Shown here piece by piece: positions 36,626 to 49,182 of a DNA stretch of 64,000 bases. The translations under genes were made by a program, and so were the position numbers. Source of the DNA: Octopus bimaculoides (lineage: Eukaryota); the NCBI RefSeq assembly GCF_001194135.2, contig NC_068984.1:56072139-56136138 (forward strand), read 5' to 3'. Numbering within the stretch: the first letter of the stretch is position 1; every line of letters starts with the position of its first letter. Under the pieces are notes generated by a model, which saw only the letters and a program-made list of their open reading frames with translations, had not been told where the DNA came from and ran no database searches.

Positions 36626-38259
36626 CATATATATATGTACACACACACAGACACACACGCACACACATATAATATTGGTTTCAAATTTTGGCACAAAGCC
36701 ACCAATTTTGGGATGTGGGAAAGAACTAGTTGATTATATCAATCTCAGTCTTCAACTGGTAATTATTTTATTTTTAAAGTTTGAAAGACCAAGTCAACCT
36801 TGGCAGAATTGGAACCCAGAACATACAGATAGATGAAATGCTGCTAAGCATTTCGCCTGGCATGCTAACGATACAAATGTTATATTAACACACATTTATT
36901 TATAGTATGTAGATAGGGTTATAATGCAAGTTGTGTCCTCATGAAACACATCTGCATATTTCAGTTCTCCAAGGTATATTTGTAGAGGATATGAATTATA
37001 TGAGAGTTAAAAATACTGGTAGATAGTTATTGCCGAATAATTACATATTAAAACAAAAAAAACTGGGAAATTTTTTTTAATATTATTTATTCTGTATTAC
37101 ATACGTCTTTTTTTTTACCAGTAGGAGTTATATAGGGATACATGTGGAAAAACATCTAAGACATCTATTAGCCATTCATCAGATCAAGAATTGAAAATAT
37201 ATTTTTCCTAAATCACACACCTGCATATCATTTATACATACATCATCATCATCATCATTTAACATGCTAGCATGGGTTGGACAGTTTGACAAAATCTGAT
37301 GGGCTAAAGCCTGCATCATGATTTCTACAGCTTGAAGCCTTTACTAATGCTAACCACTTTAGAGCATGTACTGTGTGCTTTTCCTCATGGCACCAACACT
37401 AGTGAGGTTGCCATGCAGCTTACAGGACTACGAACCCACTGAGAGGCAGCTTTATGCTAGGATATGAAGAAATAAGCAGAACAGGTTTCTTGCTGTAGAG
37501 GGGCTACATGGCCAGTTACATTTTGGAAGAGAAGGTGGGGGTGATTGGGTAGAACAGTCAAGAAATATAATAGAGATAAAAATATGTCTGTGTAGATCCT
37601 CAGTGTACAAGGTGAGTAGAAGTAAATGGGCCCAGAATTAATGTAAGTGTGGGTGAGTAGATGTTGCAAGTGTGCATAGGAGATGGTGAGGGGGTGAATA
37701 TAATGAATGAAGTGTTGAATGAATGATATGAGGAAGGGAAGTTGGGAAAAGTAGGTGACAACTGTAGAGACTGGATATAATGAATGGTGGATAAAGATTA
37801 AGTCTGATCAATGAAGTGTGGAACTGAGAGTTGCAAAAATAGTAATGATGATACAGTAAACAGAGGAAGGATGAGAGAGAGAGATGAAACAGAGAGACAG
37901 ATGACAAGTGGTTGGGTAGATTGCAAGAGTATGTGTGGGGAAAATGGTAGTTACTATGTATAGGGTATGGAGGGAGTGAGAGAGGTATACAGTATTAGAG
38001 AAGATAAAATGATGTGATAGCTCAGGAGAGGATGGTGTCAAGATAAACTGTGGGTGGAGAGGACACTCTGTTAAGGATGAGGGATGGATAATCAAGTCAA
38101 ATGGTTCCCAGTTGTGAGAAAGATTACTGTCTCAAAGAAAAGCTGCAGTTAGAGAGATGAAAGAAGGTGGGGGTGTTTTGAAAGAGAAATTGGGCAAAGG
38201 GTCCAGTCATGCATGTGTATGTGTTTGTACATATACACTCACACATTCATACATATATA

Positions 38260-39539
38260 CAGGGTGTGGTGAATAAATTGTCATCTAAATTACGCAAAAA
38301 TGAAAATAACACTGACATCTCATTTAACAGATATATTTACCAAAATTACATAAAAATATCTTGAAATAGTAAAGAGTAAAATCGCCATTGGCTTCAACCA
38401 CAGCCTCTAGATGACTCCAGAATCTCCTGCAACTCTTCTGGATGATCTCCTTGTTTAAGTTGGTTAATGCTGCCATAATCCTTGCCTTCAGTTCATCTTT
38501 GGTGTTACAAGGAATTTTGTTGGTCTCTCACTCAATTGCAACGCACACATAATAATCAAGGGGGTAAGCAGTCTGGGGAGTTAGGTGGCCAGATGTTAGG
38601 GGTGATGTGGTTGCAGAAATTGTCTGACAGCCATGACTGGGTTCTCCTGCTTGTGTGGTATGGTGCAGATTCCTGTTGCCAGACATAGGGTCTTCCAGCA
38701 GCCACCCTCTTGACCTAGGGCAGCACTACCTCCTCCAGGCACTTGATGTAGGCCTCCATGCTGTGTCTGAGGCCGTGTGTGAAGATGAATAGAAGTATAA
38801 CATCACCATCACTAGTGATCACTCCAAACACCATGATGTTGACTGGATGTTTGATTTTTATCACTCTTGGCACATATTTTGGGGACATGGCAAGCCAACA
38901 GTTGTTCTGTGTGTTCACCATCTGACCCTGGCAGAAATTTTTCTCATCTGAGAAAAACCAAAGCATTTTCGGTTGGAGGGGATGCTTGAGTTTGTTCAAA
39001 AGCTTCATAGCACAGTTTTTCCTCTTGTCTTTGAAGGTTTGAGAGAAAAATTGGCCCTTTCTCATCTTGAATGAAGAATACCAAATGTTTTCATGCAATA
39101 CCTGCCTGAGAAGAAACTCAGACACTCCCATGTCCCTGGTAATGGACCTGATTGACTTGGTGGGATTGTTATCAATCATAGATTCAATCTTACCCACAAA
39201 TTCAGGAGTTCTTTTCTTATTAGAACGATTGGAGTAAGTTTTCCGAGCTGCTGTACCTTTGTAATCACCAACAGACTCATCCAGCTCTTTCCAAATCCTC
39301 AGCACTGTCTCTCAGATTGAGACTCAAACACTCTGAAATGTCCATACCGGAGATTCTGGCATGAATGCCAAGCAGCACAGCATGTCATTTCCAAATTTCT
39401 GGCAGAGTGAATTGTGTCATGGTGCTGTTTTTCCCAACTGACCCTACTATACTGTGTAGTCAACAAAATCACAAACAAACAATGCACACGAGTGAAATTT
39501 AAAAATATAAAATGGTGACAATTTACCCATCGCACCATG
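38260..39539 (-). mobile_element. Near full-length maT (DD37D) Tc1/mariner transposon, inactivated
   Basis: ~26-bp TIRs CAGGGTGTGGTGAATAAATTGTCATC / GGTGACAATTTACCCATCGCACCATG, TA on both sides; ORF with WFFSDEKNF, stop, QQESAPYH (D changed to E), WPPNSPDC then frameshifted LDY; 37-residue spacing. Confidence 0.92.
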
Positions 39540-39589
39540 TATGTATGTATGTATATATACACACACAACACTTTCAAAAATTAGTTTTG

Positions 39590-39790
39590 CTGCTTTGAGC
39601 AGGTCTTCTCAAGAATCTCATGCCCTGGTCTTCCTAATCCCTTATCATCATCTCTGAGGTTCAATGTCCTTATATTATCCTTCACCATATCTTCCTGGGT
39701 TTCCTTCTTCTACTAAACTCCATTCACATTTAGTGATCAGCACTTCTTTACACAGTTATTCCCATCCATATGTATCACATGTCCATACAA
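39590..39790 (-). mobile_element. RTE-type ORF2 C-terminal remnant
   Basis: Minus strand LYGHVIHMDGNNCVKKC*SLNVNG. Confidence 0.5.
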
Positions 39791-39874
39791 GTGGTGGAAA
39801 ACTTTATTGGGCTACTAAGGACTAATGATGCTGGTAAGAATGACATGTACTGGTACAGTTTATAGAAATCAAAA

Positions 39875-39918
<44 letters not shown>

Positions 39919-39920
<2 letters not shown>

Positions 39921-40262
39921 TCATCAACATCATCGTTTAACGTCTGCTTTCCATGCTAGCATGGGTTGGACGATTTGACTGAAGACTGGTGAACCAGATG
40001 GCTACACCAGGCTCCAATCTGATTTGGTAGACTTTCTCTAGCTGGATGCCCTTCCTAATGCCAACCACTCCGAGAGTGTAGTGGGTGCTTTTACGTGCCA
40101 CCGGCACGAAGGCCAGTCAGGCGGTACTGGCAACAGCCACACTCAAAATGGTGTATTTTACGTGCCGCCTATATATATATCATCATCATCATCATCATCA
40201 TCATCGTTTAACGTCCGCTTTCCATGCTAGCATGGGTTGGACGATTTGACTGAGGACTGGTG
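39919..40262 (-). mobile_element. Two adjacent family D copies (39919-40170; 40181-40262 running into gap)
   Basis: High identity to the reverse complement of 60-314. Confidence 0.9.
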
Positions 40263-40820
40263 NNNNNNNNNNNNNNNNNNNNNNNNNNNNNNNNNNNNNN
40301 NNNNNNNNNNNNNNNNNNNNNNNNNNNNNNNNNNNNNNNNNNNNNNNNNNNNNNNNNNNNNNNNNNNNNNNNNNNNNNNNNNNNNNNNNNNNNNNNNNNN
40401 NNNNNNNNNNNNNNNNNNNNNNNNNNNNNNNNNNNNNNNNNNNNNNNNNNNNNNNNNNNNNNNNNNNNNNNNNNNNNNNNNNNNNNNNNNNNNNNNNNNN
40501 NNNNNNNNNNNNNNNNNNNNNNNNNNNNNNNNNNNNNNNNNNNNNNNNNNNNNNNNNNNNNNNNNNNNNNNNNNNNNNNNNNNNNNNNNNNNNNNNNNNN
40601 NNNNNNNNNNNNNNNNNNNNNNNNNNNNNNNNNNNNNNNNNNNNNNNNNNNNNNNNNNNNNNNNNNNNNNNNNNNNNNNNNNNNNNNNNNNNNNNNNNNN
40701 NNNNNNNNNNNNNNNNNNNNNNNNNNNNNNNNNNNNNNNNNNNNNNNNNNNNNNNNNNNNNNNNNNNNNNNNNNNNNNNNNNNNNNNNNNNNNNNNNNNN
40801 NNNNNNNNNNNNNNNNNNNN
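40263..40820. other. Assembly gap (N run)
   Basis: Ns. Confidence 1.
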
Positions 40821-42536
40821 TATCTCACCTATGTATGTAAATTATAAACAATTAGCAAGAGTATCATTTGTAAATATTGTAAAGTTTGTATTTTCATACA
40901 TTCAATGAAAAATATCAAAACATCCTGATTTGTGTGTGCATATACATATACACACACACACACACACATGTACAACAGGGGTATTTAATTTTGCTGAATT
41001 GTATGAAGGGGGCATTGGAAAAAGAAAAAGGGTAATAGTTAAAAAAAAAAAGATGACACAAAATTAAAAGAAAATACTGGTTTCATTTAATGTCACACAA
41101 TAACATAACAGAAAGAGTTATACCAGATATTAACAGCTGGTGGTATATTTTTAATGTTTACAAACTACATATGATACGGTAGTATTGTAAATGCCCGGTT
41201 ATTCATTGTTAATATTTATACAGTGGTTTTACCGTGATTATGGATCTAATTTTCTCATTATTGCTTACTCCTAAAGAATGTCAATTACCTACAGATTAAA
41301 CAAAAAACAAGTCTACCTTCAATAAGAATGTGTTTATTTTAAATTTATGAATTTTTATTTATATTCAGTTTCCACTCCGATATGCAGACCTTAATTGATC
41401 ATTAAAAAGTATAAGTCTGTGTTTAGACCATCAAGAGAAGTGGGGGCACTTGAGACTTTATTTTCCAGTATTGGAAAAACATTATGATTTGAGATTATTG
41501 CAATTTTAAAGTTCTAGGAGGCCATGATCTATTCATTAAAGTAATTGTAGTTGTTTGTGTCTGATGCAACTGTGTGGTTTACCATATCACTCCACTGTAT
41601 CATTAATTTTGTTCTTTTGATGATGAATGGCAAGGAATCCATTTTTAGCCATATAAACATTCCAGCTTAAAAAATTCCCCAAGTTCAGTTTTCTAAATTG
41701 AGTATTACAGCTAATATGAACAGATTTCGAATCAGAACAAAGTGAATAATGACAAGGTGTACTGAATAATGGCTTGAAGGGGTGCTTTTTATAAATCAAA
41801 TGCAAAAGTGAAATGTGTAAACTGATAAAGCACTGTCACTATAAGAGCTATCTGATAAAGCAAGGATTCCTAAGATGGTAGAATCAGACATTCCACAGAC
41901 AACAAAATCTTCAGTTACTAGGTACCAATAGTTTATTTCAATGCTTACAATTGTTTTTTTCTCTCCATTATTTTAAGCATGCTTCCATCAAAAGAACTGG
42001 CCCTTGCAATAACATATGGAGTAGGATTTGATACCATTTATTATTATTTTATTTTAACAAAATCTTCACAAACCAAAGAAAACTCATTCTCACTCATTCA
42101 TGGTGCCAAATACAAACTTCCACTGAAGTGTTTGATGGGGTGATATTGATGATATTCATTTCACATTTCAGGACTGGTCAACAGTGCCAGCTTAAGACAT
42201 GGGCACACTGGGCCATTGTCCTGGAGCTTCATGAGCCTAGAAGCCCAATTGTGACCTATGTGTGCTGTTGCTTGCTGTCAATAAATAAAGACCTGAAATT
42301 TAGGCCCAACTGGTATTTATTTCATCGATCCCAAAAGAATGAATGACAAAGTTGACTTTAGCAGAATTCAAACTCAGAACAGTAAGATGGACTAAACACA
42401 GCAAAGCATTTTTGTCCAGCTTGCTAACAATTCTTCCAGCTTACCCCCTTCCTTCTACAGTTAATAATAAACACAATACTATAAGACAATCAAGTGTTCA
42501 ATATTACAACTGCCGTGCCATTTTAGTGACCTAGTA

Positions 42537-42925
42537 TTATTCTTTTACTTGTTTCAGTCATTTAACTGCGGCCATGCTGGAGTACTGCCTTTAGTCAAAC
42601 AAATCGACTCCAGGACTTCTACTTTGTAAGCCTAGTACTTATTTTATCAGTTTCTTTTGCCGAACTGCTAAGTTACGGGGATGTAAACATACCAATATCC
42701 TCTGACAAGCGATGGAGGGAGGGGGAAGCACAGACACACAAATATATACATATATATATATATACGACGGGCTTCTTTTAGTTTCTGTCTACCAAATCTA
42801 CTCACAAGGCTTTGGTCAGACTGAGGCTATAGTAGAAGACAGTTGCGCAAGGTGCCATGCAGTGGGACTGAACCCGGAACCTTGTGGTTGGGAAGCAAGC
42901 TTCTAACCACACAGCCACATCTGCG
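42537..42925 (-). mobile_element. SINE family B, full length
   Basis: Reverse complement of 57228-57676. Confidence 0.88.
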
Positions 42926-44121
42926 GCTGGTGTTTATTTATCTACCAGTTCTTCCATCCACAAATTTATTAAAAACAGTTTGCTGTTCTATTACATACCA
43001 GCAGCTTGCAGACACACAGGATTCTTGTGATCTCACATAAATGAATATCCAATGCTATGAATTTGTTTTTCGTTAATTCTATTTAACGTTAAATAACAAT
43101 AATATATACAAATTATTTGCTTATAACTAAGGCATACAGCATTTTTTTATGCATTAAAAGAAAGTTATAATTTACCATTTTCATCATGGTAAATCTAATA
43201 CTGGAAAAAATTCTGTGCTTCCCCACCATTCTTTCTGTGCCATAAGTACATGCTGCTGGTTTTGTTTAACGATTAATCCAGCTCTCATCATAGGCTTGTT
43301 CGCCCGGACATGATCTGGGTTTAACAAACAACTATTTGTATTGGCATCTAGCCAATAAGCTGAAGACTGCATAAATTTTGTGGCGGTCAGTGTTTATCAT
43401 TATGCCATATGGTTGATAAATACACCTTATAACATTTTAATTAATGCTGGCTAGTATAGCTAATTATTAATTTGCAAAATTAAAGATGCTGAATTATCCT
43501 TTATTTTTCAATTAGTTTCACTTTTCTGAATTTTCACCTCTAAAATCTGCTTTGATGATATATATGATGATCGTAATTGTGGTCTCTGATCGATTTTGAT
43601 GTACAAGAGATGTGTGTGTGTGCGCGCGCACGCGTGCGTTTACTATTCGGTAGATTCACAAGACCTAAGGTGTTGTAACCTTCGAACTATCATTTGTCTC
43701 TGTTTCGCCACTTGTGATATCGTATCGTGACGTATCGTATCACAAGATCTCGACTTCGGCGAAGAGATGTCGGTATTTCTTTTATAAATATTAACAGGAT
43801 GACCAGAAAGATTGACAAAAATCGATTCTAGAAGACTTGAACTCAGAACTCTGCACAAACCATAAGACAAACAAATGACGGAGCCTATCCACTGTACTCA
43901 ACCTACAATAAATAACGACTGAATTGCTTAAGTCACCATACAGTTTTAAGAATAAAGAGCGCATTGGACAGGGCATTCCTAGAACTTTGGGGTGCTTTTT
44001 CATTTTTCTTTTTTTTCACTTCCTGATACTCATGTAGCGGGTGCAAATGAGAAATTGCTAGCCTACTTCACTTAAAAATATAGAAAAACCATTGCTTACC
44101 TTTTCTTTAATCAAATCTGTG

Positions 44122-44735
44122 TATAGGCACAGGCATGGCTGTGTGGTAAGAAGCTTGCTTCCCAACCAGGGCCGGCGCTAGCAAGTGTAGGATCCAATTA
44201 GAGAATTGCCAGTGGAGCCCTCTACTCTACAAAAGCTGAAGATTGATGTTTTACGCTTTGTGTAATACGCTAATCCCAGCCAAAAAGCGTTGAGGGCTTG
44301 AGGCTGCACCATTAGCCGCAATGATAAAATTCGTCATTACGTCCTCTACTCGAGTGTGTGTGGGACACAATTTGAACAAACCTGTCTAATTGACTTAAAA
44401 CCAGCCCTGTTCCTAACCACATGGCTTCGGGTTCAGTCCCATGTAGCACCATGGGCAAGTGTCGTCTACTATAGTCTCAAGTCAGCCAAACCTTTGTCAG
44501 TGGATTTGTTAGACGGAAACTAGTAGACCGTCGTATATGTTTGATTCTGTGTTTGTCTCCATCCCCTTTTTGACAATTGTTGTTGATTTATTTACGTACC
44601 CGTAACCTAAAACTTCAGTAAAACCGACCGATGAAATAAGTACTGGTGTCAATTTGTTCGATTAAACCCTTCAAAGCGCAGTTCCAGCATGGCCACAGTC
44701 CAATGTCTGAAACAAATAAAAGATAAAAGAAACGA
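44122..44735 (+). mobile_element. SINE family B split by a hAT MITE
   Basis: Head GGCATGGCTGTGTGGTAAGAAGCTTGCTTCCCAAC resumes after 44409 as TTCCTAACCACATGG. Confidence 0.85.
44167..44409. mobile_element. 243-bp hAT-type MITE
   Basis: TIRs CAGGGCCGGC / ACCAGCCCTG; 8-bp TSD TTCCCAAC / TTCCTAAC. Confidence 0.85.
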
Positions 44736-44804
44736 TAACAAAATTATAAATTACACATTCTTTCAGCATTAGTATGAATTTTCTAAACTCTTAAAATGAT
44801 ATAT

Positions 44805-45030
44805 TTAACCTTTTAGCATTTAAACCGGCCAAATCTGGCACAAATATTCTACCAGTTTATGTTCAAACCAACCGTATCTAACCTCCAGTACCTACTCCAC
44901 AATGCCGCTCTAAAACTAAACAAGCAATCATCAAAATTTCAAAACTACGAGAATACACATGATTGATTCAAACCAATGTGAATAAACAAGCATTACATTT
45001 GACAGAGTAATCAGAATGCTGAAGGGTTAA
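44805..45030. mobile_element. TTAA-ended (piggyBac-like) MITE
   Basis: TTAACCTTTTAGCATT / AATGCTGAAGGGTTAA; related copies at 26773, 53087 and ~330-362. Confidence 0.75.
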
Positions 45031-45655
45031 AAATCTGTGACATACTTGGATACCTTTTGCGATTCATCGTTTGAGAACTTTTATCCCAGCATCACAAAAT
45101 TGCATGTATTTACGGTCGGAAAAACGTCTGCTTTGTCAGAAAGTGTTGTGTAGCTAAAGAATAAAATACCTAATAGAATATGCATTACCGTCACTCCATT
45201 GGCCTAGATATACGTAATAATACGAAAATATAGATGGTTTCATTATAACAAAAAGTGACATTCCAATTACATTAGCCTCCATCCAGATGAATCTGAACAC
45301 TCACAGAAAGGATGTGATAACCTATTTACTATAGTTCATTGAAAATATTGTTCTACAGTGACTTCTTACATTTATATCATTGCTTAATCAAATAAAATGA
45401 GTTGCTATGCATATTACCCAGCCTGAAAGCATAGGTTTATAAATATATTTTATCGTTCAACGTGTACTGAAAGTAAATGACAAGCCGCGGCAATTTTTTT
45501 CCTTCCCTAAACCTTATCGCATTTGTTTCTAAAACAAATATTGTCAATAATGTGAACTAGATGAATTAAGAATGTTCATTCAACAAGTTCCCTTATATTT
45601 TCCTCCATCAATGCATAACAGAGCTTAATTACGCAATTGTATGTGTGTGTGTGTG

Positions 45656-45693
<38 letters not shown>

Positions 45694-45757
45694 GAGAGAT
45701 GCGTGTATGTAGATCTAGATGTATATGGAAACAATAACATATGTATATATATATTTC

Positions 45758-46010
45758 GGTAATCTTCAAGTTTAGGGAGATAAAAAAAATAAATAAAAAT
45801 ATTCAAGGGAAATAACTGAACGACTTACCAGTATTATCCGTTTTCTTCTAGCTGTTTATAAATAAATCACACCCTAACCCTAACGTCAATCAAATCACGT
45901 GTGTGATTTATTTATAAACAGAGATGTACGGAAAATACTGGTAAGACGTTCAGTTACGTCCCTTGAATATTTTTTTTTATTTTTTTTATCCCCTAAGCTT
46001 GAAGATTACC
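45758..46010. mobile_element. Foldback MITE with ~110-bp imperfect TIRs
   Basis: 45758-45872 pairs with 45901-46010; the 28-nt spacer begins CCTAACCCTAAC. Confidence 0.75.
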
Positions 46011-46271
46011 ATATATTTCTATACATTATGATTTAATTCATAACTTACACACATACATGCCTTGTGACTGTATAATTTTATTATAAAATAAACGTTTCTA
46101 ATTTAGGTACAATGCCAGCAATTTTGAGGAGATTCGTTAGTAAACACCATTAACTCCAGTATTTGACTGATGCTTGATTTGGTTAATGTTTACTTTAACA
46201 CCTGGCCACCAAAAAAAAAAAATGTGTAATAGTGCCAAAAATTTTAGATTCATTTATTCTTCGTTTGAGTA

Positions 46272-46435
46272 ATAGAAAGAGGTTTTAAAAAAGATCCCAT
46301 ATATCATGGTGAGAGAAACGAATTCATTAATACGGTGTTGAATATGGTTTCACTTTGGAAAAAAGTCGAGAGCGATTTAGCTGTTGTTTTTAGCACATCT
46401 CTACCGTTGGGATCTTTTTTAAAACCTTTTTCTAT
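46272..46435. mobile_element. ~164-bp MITE
   Basis: 28-bp TIRs ATAGAAAGAGGTTTTAAAAAAGATCCCA / TGGGATCTTTTTTAAAACCTTTTTCTAT, one mismatch. Confidence 0.7.
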
Positions 46436-47088
46436 AACTCAAACGAAAAATAAATGAATCTAATTTTTTTTTTTTTTTTTAAACTTTTTTCCATTACACT
46501 CAAGCAAAAAAAAATAATTTATGAATTTCTTTCTTTTCGAAAGTCCCCACCCTCGGAAAACATTTTCCCCACAAATTTCTTTATAATCGTAATCTATGCC
46601 GTTTGAAAGGTATTTATATAAAATTTCATTAATATGTACATTTTCGTAAAAGATATACATTTTCCTAAAAGTTATGTGGGAAAAAAATCAGATCTTGTGA
46701 ATTTTCCGAAAGTCTTCTCCCCACTCCCTGGTTCGTTGGCGCAAATTTTTGTTTTCATATTTGTTTAATACACATTTTTTTTTACACCTATTACGCTTGC
46801 TTTCTGTTTTGTTTTAGTAGTCGGGTATTAAAGTAAACATTAATTTTCTCGACTCCCTTCTCACCTGCAAAAAGGAAAAGCAAAACTGTCTTCGGTGGGA
46901 TTTGAACTCAGAAGATAAAGAACCGTTAAACGTTTTCTCCCGAGGCTCTAACATTAATAATCTCTGGCGAATACTCAGTTATTCAACTGTGATTAGTAAT
47001 ATTCTACCAAAACATTTACATATACCGCTATCTATCTATCTATCTATTACTTTCCATATTCCCCCCTCTGATGCTATCTATTGACTTG

Positions 47089-47130
<42 letters not shown>

Positions 47131-47519
47131 TGCTTTGAAATCTTTCCAGTTCTCCTTCTTTTCACGTTCCCACTTCTTTATCTCTTTTTATTATATTTCC
47201 AAGAGAAAGCAGGAAATATAGAGAATAATTTATAGGATAAAGCGCTTTGTTCATGTATTTTTAGAAATATAGTCTAAGTGCAGTTTAGTTCTAAAGTCAT
47301 TGATGTCTTTCATACGGAATTTTATTTATTTAGTTATTTTCTTTAGCTTTATCTTATTTCATATTATTTTATCTCGATTTCAATGCTCTAAGTTGAACTT
47401 TACCAGTTAGAATTAACTTCCAATCCTCTGCTTTATATCATCAAATACCTCATCCTTTCAAGTTCAGGCAGCATAGTAGTGGTAAGCCTTTTCCCAGTCA
47501 GTTTTGACTTGCTTTTGGT

Positions 47520-49020
47520 ACATTAAACAAAATACACGCACAGATGAGCTTTTCAATTGCAGCTCTCTGTTTTATTAACATTGATAAGTTTTTGCAGTCG
47601 TGTGTCTATGCTCTCATTGATAAGTAGGTTTAGATTTTTCCAGCCGTCTGTTATAACTGGTGTCGTAATTCACATTGTTTAAGCTGCACACCATCAAAAC
47701 AGTTTCTTATATCGATTGTATTGACCACGTGAAAGCATGCAGAACGTATGCAATAGCACAACAAGAATGTAACAATATCATACACTGAGTATACAGTGTG
47801 CAGATGTTGCAGATATGTTTATAATTTTGTAATAACACAAAGAACTAAACAAGAAAGTATATAACATTACTCTTCGAAAGATTAATTGTGTTGGGCATTA
47901 TATCTCTGTGTTTTATGAATTCTCTTTGCAATTCTGCAGCTCCCATGTGGAGCTGTTCGTTAAATTATTATGAGGATTAGCATGATTTTAGAAGTGTTCG
48001 CAGTATGAAGGTGTTGGAGATAGAATATTAGCAGTTAGAGAAATTGATGATGTTAACCTATTAATAACCATTGTAGGAATCATTTGATCAGGTAGTGGTT
48101 CAGCAAGAGATGCTGGTAGTTGGTGATGTCAGCTTATTGATTACATCAGTATTAGCAGATGTGCTTAGAGCAGGATATTTAGGAGCTATCTGTTCATTTG
48201 TGTGGGCTTTTCTCGTCACATTTAATCCAGGCTGTGTTTCCGCCAGCATGAATCAGTTAACATGCATCTGTGTGAAAATTTCAATAGATTCCTCTTGTAA
48301 TGAGCCATTTTCCACTTTCATAAAGGAGGTTTAGTATTACACTTAACTATCTTCCGAGTAATTTTTCAACTGGAGAAAAACTTGCATGCACAAGATTTGT
48401 TGTGATGCTTGAAAAGAACCTTCTGCAAATGCTTATCAAACTTTGCAACTGATGGACTGTAACCTCTTAAATGCAAGATGTCACTGTTTGTACAGCTCTT
48501 TCAAATACACCATTTAGACAGTAAGAATGATTTAGAGTTTTCTTAAACCAAGTTGGCTTTAACTGAACCAGTCTGATCCTTGAATAAATTCAAGTCCATT
48601 GTCGGATACCCCATTCACTGAAACATCAAATTTAAAAGAATATGGAAATAGACATGTCCTTGTATTTTCCAAGCTTCTGCTGAACATAGAAAAAGGCTTC
48701 AGTACCAGCAGCGACTCGATCAACTAAGATCAACGCATTCCCAACATCTTGTATACATCTCGAAACTATATGTAATCTTTCCCAAAGTCATAATATAGAA
48801 CATTTACCATAAAGGGTTGATGGGATTAAGTCTGATTTTAGCACACGTCAGAAAATCTACAGTATCTTCAGCAAGATTATACCACCAAACACAAACTGTT
48901 GCTATGAATTGCTGGAAGAAGTTTGGATCTTAAGATCTTAGTGGTTTTCTTCGCTGTTTACAATTTTGTTCCAATTCTTTTCAAATTTGGTAAATGGATT
49001 AAGTTTTGTATACCAATTAT
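47520..49020 (-). mobile_element. Decayed Ty3/Gypsy LTR retrotransposon 3' part (integrase, S/T/P-rich tail, putative 3' LTR from 47866 downward)
   Basis: Minus strand across frameshifts: WWYNLAEDTVDFLTCAK, WERLHIV (48764-48784), VSDNGLEF (48586-48609), NGVFERAVQTV (48482-48514), SPVEKLLGR; then a weak purine tract + TG and a downstream AATAAA. Confidence 0.8.
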
Positions 49021-49100
49021 GAAAATGAAATTCATTTTTCCTAGAAATCTATAACTTAAAAGGTATTACCCTTTAAAATTTGCAAAATTTGGGTATTTTA

Positions 49101-49182
49101 GCCAATCAGAAGCGGGTATTTTATACATCACCATGGTGAAAAACTCTGTTTCTATAGTAACTAAAGATGCTGCGCATGTGCA
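49101..49182. promoter_or_regulatory. Cluster of promoter-like motifs (CCAAT, RFX X-box-like, NRF1-like)
   Basis: CCAAT 49102-49106; GTTTCTATAGTAAC 49148-49161; TGCGCATGTGCA 49171-49182; motif match only. Confidence 0.3.

Noticed and set aside
43184-43372. 62-aa minus-strand ORF at the edge of the CpG domain
   Set aside because: No recognisable domain, no good donor; length within chance range
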